A program made the translations under genes and the position numbers. This document shows, piece after piece, positions 1-12,300 of a DNA stretch of 64,000 nt. Position 1 is the stretch's first letter. Each line of letters begins with the position of its first letter. Source of the stretch: Convolutriloba macropyga (lineage: Eukaryota); NCBI RefSeq assembly GCF_964194025.1, contig NC_134480.1, positions 13,144,001 to 13,208,000 on the forward strand, in the 5' to 3' direction. The notes under the pieces were generated by a model. The model worked only from the letters and a program-made list of their open reading frames with translations, searched no databases and was not told where the DNA came from.

Positions 1-356
1 GCCATTAAAACCCCCATTAATTAAAGGAATCAAATTCTTTTCCACAAAGCTATTTCGGACTCAAGAAAGGATTTCGTATAAAAATCCACCCTGTATTATC
101 TCCAAAGAAACATTTGTCGAGTATAGAGCTTGAATCAACATTACGCATTTTTAAACTAAACCATTTCTGAACTTAAATGAGTTTAATTTTGCCACCATTA
201 GTTATCGAAACCTCAAAATTTATCTACTGAAAATAAACCAAAGTTCCTCTTTTGCTTTATGAAACTCCAATAAATAGAAGTTCCAAGTTTCCCGGCGTTT
301 TCCGAAACCTCCAAAACCACCACATTAAGCCTCCCAATCAAGTCGACATAGTTAGA

Positions 357-3300
357 TCACACCACTTTTGGTCGTAACCTAATCGCTGTCAACCAGCGAG
401 TACATTTGAAAACAACCCCACCTCCCGATGCGTTGGCACCTTTGTTCAATCGTTTTCCAGCTGCTCGCTTCTTCGCAGCTGCACTCGGTGACCCACCAGC
501 TGTGGTATTTGGGGGTACAATAGATGCTCCGGGGTTCTGCTGTTGGTCTAACATCTCTGATGCTATCAGGGGAGGGGTCGAAGCACGCATTTGTCTCACT
601 ACTTTGATAGAGTCTTCTGGCAGGGGATCCAGGCCGAGCTCGAGACGTCTGCTGTTCTTCAATTCCTGTGCATGATCCAGGCCGCCCAATGATGACTGAA
701 AACAATCAACATCAAAACATTCAATGATGTGTCGTCGTTTCCAAAAATTTTCGAACTTCACAATTTTCTTACATTACAATTTGCTTTACATTACAATTCT
801 CTTTACAGCGGAGAAACACAAATTAATCTCCACAATTGAGTAGAAGAGAGCATAAATAATAATTCGGAAAAACAGTCATACATCTTTTCATTATCTTCGA
901 ATAAGTTAGTATCATAACATTATCATAAAATGTCCAAAGAAAGTTCTGAACGCCAAATGGTTGCGCAGTTTTCGTCTGAGAAGAACCCCTTTGATCACAT
1001 GTGACTTTTTCTAAAATACTCGATAACTTTCCTTTCTATTAGTTATGATACTGACCAGAATGATTTTCCACAGTAGCAACAGCGTCTTCTTTGTGGGAAT
1101 AGGAGAGCTCTTATCACTGGCAACATTGAGCACCAGTTGGAACAGGATCACAGCCGGTAGCTCCCCGTCTATGATGGGCTGACCCAATTCAGACACAAAC
1201 TGCTCTCTGAGGACTGCCTGTTCTTTCGTGTCTGCTAGGTCTGAGGTTCTCAGTACTTCTGTTATTGTGTACAGTACGCTCAGAATCATTCTGTAATATA
1301 ATATTATTCAATGTCTTTGCTACCTCTGATATAACTAAGTCAATTGGAAGATACTACAGGAATTCGGTAAATTTCAAAATTAAGTTTTTATTTTAATTTG
1401 AAAGTATTTGAAAGTCTACACTCAGTAAGCTCTCATCTTCAATTACTCGAAAACATTTATGAAAAACCTTTTTATTTTTTGATGAAAACGCTGAATCCTG
1501 ATAACAAGCTGCATAAACAAGCCTTTAAAAATTAAACTCAAGTTGTCTAAGTTAATTTTCTTCTCATTCCATTAATTTGCAACGTTAGTAAAATAAAGCA
1601 TTTGAAACCAAATTTTACTCAAAGAAAATAGATACATTGTAGTCAGATGTTATGAAAGCACCAAATTACTACAATATAACGGTACCTTAGCTCTATACAA
1701 TCTCCCAATGTTGCTGCTTGCTGGCTGTTTGGTTTTCTACCCCCGGCCCCTCCGGCATTGGGAGCCACAGTACTGGGGGCATAAGTGCTTCCGTAGGTAG
1801 CTCCTGCCACTGTTTTGTCTCCCTGGCGTGGTAAGTAGATGTCAACCTTGAGTTTGAGGGTGTCGAAGAGAGCAAGGAATATTCCCATTTTGTACAGGAG
1901 GAAACAGTTTTTCCTTGTCCAGGATATAAGCTCACTTTCGCTCTCGATTTCTGAGAAATTTCCTGAAATAGAACACAAAACAGTTTAATTTACCAGAACA
2001 AGAAATCATTTTCACACAAAGAGCCTCAAAACAATAGTAAAAACCAATCAGAATCTTTTGTCAATTGATTGCTTCATGAGGCTTGCAGCGACTATTAAGC
2101 TCTTGTCTATCTAGAATTTGGTGAACATTTTTTATCACCCCTGGACTTTACTACATTGTCTCTGTTCAAATGCTACACAATCCTCAACAGTTAAAAATTG
2201 AGACCTTAAGCAAATTTATGTATCTTATATACGTGCTGCTGAACGCACTTTTAGTTGTGCTGCAACTATATTTTACTGCTAAAAATCAACGTCAAGTTCA
2301 GAGCTTTCATTGAGAGTCGAAGACTTCACGACTTTATTATAACATTTTCACATTCCACGTCTGTTTAATTCCCCAGATGAGGAAAGATATAGAAATTCCC
2401 ACTGACCTTGACACAAATAGGCGAGTGCCCTCACAGCCCCAAGTCGTTTCTCCTCGGAGGCTACTTCCAAACAGTCCAACAGAACTAGGATGAGATTCTT
2501 TTGCTCCTTCTCGCTCAGTTTACTCCATTCTTTTTCTTTACCTTAAACAAAAACGCGGACTTACTCAAAAATAACAATAGGAGAGTTTGGGAATAGAATA
2601 GACAAAGTTTCGGGATTTTGAAAATAATTTTAATCGCTATCAGCGACAGTAGTAATAGGGTGAGCAAGTCTCCCCGGGGGGGGGGGGGGTGTAGACCCCA
2701 TGTATTAAGATAGGGTATAGGAGTAATTTTTGAGAGAGGGTCTACACTAATGTATTAAGATAGGGTATAGGTTACATGTATTAAGATAGGTTATAGCGGC
2801 GCCACGTATTAAGATTAGTAATAGCTGCCGCCACGTATTAGGATTAGTTATAGCGGCCGCCACGTATTAAGATTAGTTATAGCGGCCGCCACGTATTAAG
2901 ATTAGTTATAGCGGCCACCACGTATTAAGATTAGGAATATCCTCCGCAATGTATTAAGATTGGGGATAAATCTAGGGGTGTTCCAGGGGGTGAGTAGTAA
3001 GGCAGGAGCAGACCAGGGTGATTTTCCGGAGCCACTTGTCACGTGATTTTAGAGGTCATTTAGGGATTAGCAGGGAATTATACATGCAGCGCGCAGGGAA
3101 TTGCACAGTCAGCGCGTACGTACAGGCGGGGAATTATACATGCAGCGCGCAGGGAATTGTACAGTCAGCGCGTACGTACAGGCGGGGAATTGTACAAGCA
3201 CAGCAATGTATTAAGATTAGGTATAGCCGCCGCAATGTATTAAGATTAGGTATAGCCGCCGCAATGTATTAAGATTAGGTATAGCCGCCGCAATGTATTA

Positions 3301-6300
3301 AGATTAGGTATAGCCGCCGCAATGTATTAAGATTAGGTATAGCCGCCGCAATGTATTAAGATTAGGTATAGCCGCCGCAATGTATTAAGATTAGGTATAG
3401 CCGCCGCAATGTATTAAGATTAGGTATAGCCGCCGCAATGTATTAAGATTAGGTATAGCCGCCGCAATGTATTAAGATTAGGTATAGCCGCCGCAATGTA
3501 TTAAGATTAGGTATAGCCGCCGCAATGTATTAAGATTAGTTATAGCCGCCGCAATGTATTAAGATTAGGTATAGCCGCCGCAATGTATTAAGATTAGGTA
3601 TAGCCGCCGCAATGTATTAAGGTCAGTTATATCCACTAAAAATGAGAAAATTGAAAATTTTTAAAACAATGAATTATGAAGGTACAAAAAGACAGACACA
3701 GTATTAATCAAGTACATTATAAGTAATTTTAAACACAACAGAGAGCGCTCACAATACGAAAATTGATTCAATAAATTACAAGTTCAGGGGTACAGTATGA
3801 ATTCCATCAGATAACACTTTTCGTTTAGGATAAAAATATGAGAGTCCTTTCTTTGTTTGTTCATAGGTAGCGACGCAGTGGTTGATTGTCCGAAATCCTC
3901 TATTTGTAGATGTTAAATTGATGATTTCTTCCATCACTCGCCCATATTTTTCCAATGGTCCATCTCCGGTCTCTTCCAATGTTCGTTTGTTCAGTCCTTT
4001 GCTGCTGAATTTGTACTTATCCGATTTGGCATCGTAGCAACAATATGTTTTGCTACAGAGACAAATCATTTCAGGACATCTAAATTCTTCCTTGAACAGA
4101 CCTGGTTCACGCTTATCGTGCTTTTTATGTTTATCACAACAAGTTCTAGGGAAGAAATTTTGTACAGCATCAGCTTTGAAAGAATCATCACAATCGTGTT
4201 CCCTCAGAGTTTCCCAATCTGCTTTTTTAGATGGACGAATGCAATCGTACAAATTATCGTGCGCTAGAGCTAAGTATAAGGAGTCAGTGTCCATTTCTAA
4301 CTCTTCGAACGTGTCGACATCGCAAAATTTATCAAAAAAATTGTAATAAAGCTCCAACATACGTAATTTTGCGTACTGAAGTATAAAAAAGCCGACTATT
4401 ATCGGTTCACGGTCATCAATTTTTGATTTTACAAGTTCAACTTCGTATAGTTCTTTTGACACACTGTTAAGTCTCTTAAACAATTTCCCGTTGATAGCTT
4501 TGTGTGTCTGCTTCTGTCCATGATTTGGTAACCATAGGAACTATTCCCTAACAATTTCATTGTTTCTGCTACAATGCTTGATTCAGGATTTTCATCTCCA
4601 ACTCTTCTAGCATCAACAACCGATTGGACAAAATTGTTGAAGCATTTTTTGGGTGTGTACTGAACGAAGCGATAAATTTTGGTGCATTTTAGCCCAAGAC
4701 TAAGGTAAAAATTGAGTAATGGTGTTATGACTGTTCCATTCTCCAACTTGAAGCTTGAAATTAACATGCGTTGCGGTTGCTTGAGTAAATCGTTATCAAT
4801 TGCATAATCCCTCATATAATCACCAATATCTGCTCGACTAACATTAAAGTTTTTAAAGATTGGTGGAAAGTTCGAGAACTTGTATTTCAACCCATCTGGA
4901 ACTTCGAGATCACACTGAACGTAACCAAATAGTTTATCTTCTCTTATCTTTGTAAGTAGAGATTCTTGAGTCAGAGGTAGCTTGAATGGGAAATTGTTTC
5001 TCACGTGATTTTTTACAGATTCATCACCTTTGACAGTTTCCCACCAGTTACATTCCCATATCTCAACAACTTTATATCCTTTGTTTCGCAAATAGTCTCG
5101 TCTTAGTTCATCGTATTCCCGTTTCTTTAATCCTTTCTGAGTCTCTTCCTCTGACATGCTTGCTCTTGCTTCCTGACATGCACAAAAGTGAAAGTAACAA
5201 CCCATTGCTTCAAAAATAGTTTTACAGTGAGCACAAAATCCGTCTACATTAAAACAATCAATCTTTTTCTGAGTTCCAGTTGTGTAGTAGCTTTCAATAG
5301 TGCAGTTAGGACGTTGAGATTGTAGGTACGACATAACCATGTTCTCAAATTTCCTCGATTTATTTTGTCTAGCTTTAAACTTCTGAGAGTCTGAATCAAA
5401 CTCCCATCTAGTGTAAAGCCCAGTGGGCATTTCTTGACACATTGAGAAGGGGTAAAGTTGACTGGCGTCTATACCCACAATTGATTTGCAAATGTTTTCT
5501 GTGTTTCGAATGTAGGTTTGATCCACAATTGCTTTTCTAGTAAACACAATAGAAGGACCACCGGTCATATCTTCGCGTATTTTATCATGTAAATCTTTGT
5601 CTGCTTCAACGAAAGGATAGAATTTGCTATTAGTTGATTTGTGTAGACAAATATTTGCTAAATTAGGTAGTGTGCAACCCAGTTTTAACATATCAATCCC
5701 TTTGTTATGATAGAATTCCATCATTTTCTGCATCGCTTCTAGTGTCGGGACAACATCTTTGTTATTATACCACCTGACAAAGTCTTGAAAAATTGTCATT
5801 TGTTCGTGCTCCCACACACTTTCCAGGTAATTGTAGTTGTCGAATCCCGAGGGGGGCACTACCTTCAACCTAAGTTTTTTCAGAGCCTCCTGTTGGGAAA
5901 GTCCACTATTCAACAATTTTGTGAAATCCGTAAATTCTTTTTCCAAGGGATTGTGATCTCTCAACTTACTAAAGAAACATTCGTAAGGGGGTAGGAAAGT
6001 TACATCCAATTTGTTTGGTGAGCCGAACCATTCATAAGGGAAAAATCCTTTGGTCTCATTTGTCTTGTAAGCTTTGACGAACGAATCTAGTGATGTTGCT
6101 CCACCAAGAAAGTTTAGAATATCGAGAAACTGAACATCGCCAAATTTAAAGGATACAAAATGAATAGCTTTTTTAATAAACGTTGGTTGAATATCGCGCT
6201 CGTGAATGAGGTAGGGTAGTAAATAAGACTTGATAAGATTCAGATCATATTTCCCGCTGTTGAATCCAAATACAGGTAAAATGCTGACATAACGTTCAAA

Positions 6301-9300
6301 ATGTTGTTGTAGTTCGAGAAGTTGATTTTTCTGAATTTGGAGGAATTGAGTCGACATATCAATTTTTTCTTCTTCGATATATTGAAATTCAAACATTGGA
6401 GTACTCTCATCTTTCCTTCCATTTAGCTTCTGGAAAACAGAACTTACTCTGTTTTTAATTGCATTTTCAATTGAGGAAAATTTTTGCAACATTTCTGCTT
6501 TACTTCTGCTAGCTAGTTCTTTCAATGCTTCAACAAAAGATACAATCAGTGTCTTGGGTTCTCTGTTGCAAAGGAAAATAGGTTCTTGTAATAAATTAGA
6601 GGAAATTGACACAGATATTGGTTCATGTTTTCCTATCCAAGTAGTTGTATTGGTATCTTTTAGTTCATTAGATGGAACGCAGATTGATTCGAAGTCAAAT
6701 ACAGCCAAGTTTTTGAACAGTTTTTGTTCTTCCTCATATCCAATTCCAAAACCGTCAAGTTTATCGAACAAAGTTTCTCTCAAAGTGTAAACACTCTTCG
6801 GATAAATGTGCTGTATCCTATCTTTACAAGATTTCACGTGACGGTGGAAATTACCAGCACGCTTAATAAAGGTATCACAATTAGGACAGCGGAATCGTTT
6901 GAAAAACGTGTTGATATCATCAACATAGCAAATGTGGTTGTTGTAGCGCAGTAGATTAATGTTGTTCTCGTACATCTTAATACTTCTTCTGGCAAGTTCA
7001 CCTACAAAATCCCCGTCCTCAATGTCAATGTCATAAATGAAAATGTTGTGTTTTATAGCATTTTCAACAAACACAAGGTGATCCATTGACACTCCTCTAA
7101 AGTTAATTGCGTCATGACAAGACTCGTGGAGAAAGTCACTGAACAACTTAGCTGCGTTTGTTTCCAGCTCAGCTGATCCATACAAGTGAACAGCCACAGC
7201 TCTAAACAAGCAAAGGTAGTCCTTGTAGGTTTTTCCGTATCCATTCGTAACGAGACAATTTACATCGTTTCTCCTCAACAACTGTTCAGGTATAACAGCA
7301 TCTAAACATCCCATTGGGATATTGTTGAGAAGAGCACAGAAAACAGTTACATTCGTAGTTAGTGCATACCACCATTTTGTGTTTGCCCTTTCTTGAGCAC
7401 AAGTCTCAATCAAATCCAATTTCTCTACTCTATCCTGAAGTGAGACTAAGTCTCCCTTAGAACAAAGTAAATGAGACTTCTCAAAGAAGGTGTTGTTCTC
7501 ATGAGCATAAAAGTATCGGTATTCGTCTGTGTCAACATTTCGTAAAATAAATCCCAGGGATAAATTTATTTTTGCAGCACAGTTAAGCTTTTCAAACACT
7601 TCCTTCAGTTTTTCATTAATTTCGCTGGGATCAAGTCTCGACAATTTAAAATTGAATACTCTATGTCTCCCATTCTCCATCTCAGTATTGTCAAAGAAGT
7701 GTTGACAGGCACTAAGTTCCTGCTGTAACTGTTCGTTTTTCCTATCCAATTCTTCCGATTCTAGTACTTCTTTCAAGCTTTCGCTGGATTTGGTTCCAAC
7801 TTTGGTTGATGTTCCGTGTTTCCGTCTCTTATGTTGTTGAAGAGAATAAAAACTTGGAAATTCCTCCAAGCATATAGTGCACACTGTACTAAGCTTCTTT
7901 TCTTGAGGAGCGTGATGCTTAGCAAGGTGGTAGTTCAAGTCCTCTTTCCTCTTTGTGTAGAAATGTGGACACTTAGGACATTTTAAAGTCCCACTATCAC
8001 ACGATTTTTTGTGTCGAGCCATTTGCTGCTTGACAACCATTTTCTCGCACTTTGAGCATTTGACAGGTAGATTTCTATCAAGAGAAGGCATTGTATTGTT
8101 GTGATCCAAAATAAATTGAAGAAACTTTAAGTAAATTGCCGAGCAACTGTATCTGATAACAAAGTGAGAATGAATACAATTTTTGGTTTTTTAGTTAGAA
8201 TTGCTTTTATGACTAATTATTTCCATATAAGGAAATGACGTAATTTCTATTTTTAGTAACATTACGCAATACGAAAGTTCAAGAACTTCCTACGAAGCAG
8301 TCACAGTGTTACATTATACATTGTATTTAAATCCAGAAAACATCAAAAATGTGTAACCTTATTCCTTGGAGGAAAATCGGAAATCTTAAGTTATATTTAT
8401 TTGTCATATTGTTGATTTGTGTTACTTTTTTACAAAACAATACTATTCATCCCAAAACAGACTTCTTAACAAAATCTATCTGTCAGATGTTTGCTCACTT
8501 AGAGAATACAAATATTATTGTAAACAAACTAATTTTGTAATTTCATCGATAAAACACTAAATGTGTTTTTACAATAATATTAAAACATTAGAGAAGAAAA
8601 CTCCTACTTTAATTGAAGATAACTTATATACAATTGACGTTAACGTGATTATATTACAAACTACAAACCAATCAAATTTTAGTATTAGGAAACTTGTTGT
8701 AAAAGTTAATGATATCGTTTTGCTTATCTCATTCTCTCTTTTAACATTTTTTTATTTTAATAGATTAATACGTGAAATTTTACTCATTTGTGAAACATGT
8801 TGATCAAAAACCACTTACAAATATTGGAGAAGATTTACAAGAGAAAAGAAGGTATACCTGATTCATACAAAATTGACGAAATTGATGTAGATTTATACTT
8901 TTTTTACAATTTTTTGGACATTTTCACAAAATCCAGCAGAATAATCCGATTTAGTAAAGGACTTGAGTATGCAACGTTCTCTATTAAAAAATTTCAATAT
9001 GAGGAGTTTATTGCGAAACAGTCTTTCGATTTATCCTCAGAATTGCATGTAAGCAAATACGAATTGTTGTTCAATTTGAACTCCGTTCCCGATATATTGG
9101 AACAGAACAGAAATATTTCACAAACAAACTTTGTTCCTCTCCCAGAACCAATAACAATAACTTCTTCACTACAGAGTGCTTTGTACTTCCATTATTACAA
9201 CGACTACAATGCAGTGGGAGTACTGATCAGGTTCGGAATTCGTTTACCTAACGCATATATACAGAAATTTGATTCCAAAAATGGAACATTTTCCGAGATT

Positions 9301-12300
9301 GATCTGAAATTTGACGAATTGGAAAAAATTTATCAAAGCTTGACTTTTTTGGTAAATTATGTCACTTCATTTCAACTTAAATAGACCATTTTAGGTAAAA
9401 GCATAGTCGGAAACCTGTATGTATCCTTCACTTCCTACCTTGTTAGAAAATTTTACTCAAAATTGGATTTGAATTTCAGTTCGTCCAGAAATTTCAAGCT
9501 AAACCTCCCTTTTTCTCATAAAATCTTCCATCTTTGGTTACTGTTGTCTGATTGGACAGAGCACACTATATATAGAGGTTGTTGATTTTGACATTATCAT
9601 TTGATCCAACTTCTCTGAAAACATCATCACTACTTTCTCACATTATACTAACTACTCCTCAACATTTTATCCTGCTATCGAGCTCCAACATTCACTTTCT
9701 TTTTGTTTAAAAATACTTACTTTAGTTCTAACTTTTGTTTAAATCTAATTTATATATCCTGTTCCCTTCCTAAAAAGGAAATTTGCTGCTTTATAACTTT
9801 CTCTCCACTGATTGCTTTTATCACGTTCTCGACAAGAATCTTTTCATCCATTCTCATCACTTTCTAACAAAAACCTCTTCTATCATTTATTCCAAAATGG
9901 AGTTCACCGTTCAAAATAATAACCTTCTGTACTCATTTTCTTTTACTGAGGATATTGCTCGGATAGGAGTTCGAGATTTATCAAACGGACTGTATGAGTC
10001 TCTGATCACTTTACCCATTACTGTGTGGCACATTATTGAGCACCAGCAACAACAGTTTGATACATATCATCAGGGACAGGTCCCAATCACAGAGAATCAA
10101 CTCGGAACTCACGCGATGGGACACGAAGTTGCTGTTGTCAGTGGACACCACTATCCTCACGTTAATGGATCTGATTTTCCTACCAACTACGTAGCTGGAA
10201 ATATTCAGTACACATTTCCTTGGGAGGAAGGGCAAATTCCAAACAGTTGGTTCACTACACCGGATGTAGGTGAGGTATCAGGCCCGGAGGTGGAAAATAA
10301 TCTTCTCCAAATAGCTTCAAGAGCTCATAGAAGAGAACATAGCGAGTTGAGTATTGATACTAGTACCACCACGTCATTTAACGATCTGGAAAACTTTGAT
10401 CCAGCGCAGTACTATGGATCTACTGACATGTCAACTACACCTTCGATGACAACCCCATCCATTGAGGAAGGAACAGCTCACAACCCTATCTTTTTGAGTG
10501 ATGTACCTAATATCCCAGTCACTGTTCAACCAACTCAACTACCTGGTAGAATTGAGCGACAAAGAGGTTTCGGTAATGAAATTCAGAACTTACCAGAATA
10601 TGTTATTGAAACTCTTTTTGAATGATTTCTATGTTCAATTTTGTAAACTATTTTGTATTTGTTCGTAAAAATAATAAAGTTTCTGAATACCTTTTGGGTG
10701 TTTCGTATTAAATTTACATTTTCAATTTTATAATTTTTTTATAGTTTTCCAGAATCAAAGATTAACACGAAAGGTTACTTGATAATTTAGGTACTTGGTT
10801 ATTATTGAAAATTTGTTTTTCGACAATTAAGAAAAATACCGAATTTAATTTTGATATTTAAGAAAATTGTCGAATTTATTTTCGATATTTAACAAAAAAT
10901 GTCGAGAAAAAATTCGATTTTTAAGAAAAAATTACTGTTACAAATCCGATTTTTAAGCTGCAAGAACAGATTCAAAACTTAAAAATTTTAAAAATTTTAA
11001 AAATCATTTTTAAAATTATTAAAATTTATGTTTTTTGCTTAAAATCATACCGTAAAACTAAGAAAAATGAGAAAAAATTGCACATTTTGCACGCACAGTT
11101 TGGTAACATTTTTGATTTTTAATGAAAAATCTGAGGTTCTATTTTTGACTTTTAACAAAAAATGTTGTGTGAAAATTCGACATTTAACAAACAAATCGAC
11201 TTCAAATTTCGACTTTTAGAATATACACTAATAATAAAACATTTTAGTACAAACACTTTATTACTTTCTAACTTCAAAGTACAACATGGGGTTATCAATT
11301 ATTCCATGACCATCTAGTAAACAATCAGCAATTTTTATTAATTCACTCTCATACTTTGAGTTCTTAAGTGACTGAATTTGGTCGAAGAAGGATGATCTCA
11401 ATGTTTGTGTGCTTGCATTTCTTTGCTCAGCTCTCAGTAGATGTCTCTTGAACTTTTTTCTACTCAATCTCTTCTTAGACACGCTGGGTAGTTTTTCAAC
11501 AAATTTGTTTTCCGAATTATGTTGTACCGCTCTCTTCAATTGGGTGAAAACAAGTCCTGCTTCTTCGTTTGTGTGACCAAAAAACTGATGTTTATATAAG
11601 GTGTATAAGCAGTCCACTGTCTGATATTGAAAAGATAAATCATCCAATTTTTGGAGTAATTCATTAATGGAAGATGAAATGAGAATTATGTGATAAGAAC
11701 AATTTTTCAGAGGACAAAAAGTGTAATTGTGAGACGCAACAGAGTATTCACTAGTAAGCAAGTAAGGTTTATAATCCTTAACTGATACGCAATTGAACAA
11801 GGCTTTCTCACAAAATTTTTTATAAAAGTCAGGTAAAACTTGACACATAACTGCTGCCATTCTGTAACCAAAGTGATTTTGGAGTGATTCTTTTAAACTA
11901 CCGTATAAGGAAATAACGCAATTCAGTTCAAATGCAGCGAAAATTTCATTTGAAAAATGACACAGTTCAAGAGACAGCAACTCAAAAAAATCCGTTGTTT
12001 TACTTGTTCTAAATATTTCAAACACTATTACTCGCTAATGCAACACAGACGTGCTAAACATCAAGATAAATATGCTGCTCTAGTTCAAATGTTTGCTCAA
12101 CTTAAAATTTCTGACTAAGTTTCCTTATAAGGAATTTTTGCAAAATGACGCAATTGAACTTTCCATATTTGGAAATGAAAGAAGGATAATGACATCATTA
12201 CCAAATAAAGGTGATCGGAAACAATAGAGGAAGTAAAATTACAAGTCAAATCATTCAATTAATTTCTATCTGTCACATTAAGTTGATAAAATGTCTCTCT

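Noticed and set aside
2542-2564. 23-nt micro-intron GTAAGT...TTTAAG
   Set aside because: Too short, and the conserved upstream STRIP exon at 25653-25718 already joins this acceptor in the correct phase.
3018-3272. ORFs 3018-3272 (+) and 20936-21127 (-)
   Set aside because: GTG-start mirror ORFs produced by TIR repeats; no protein-like features.
3203-3620. 29-bp repeats as a CRISPR array
   Set aside because: Units are head-to-tail with no unique spacers, the context is eukaryotic, no cas genes are present, and they are part of the TIR.
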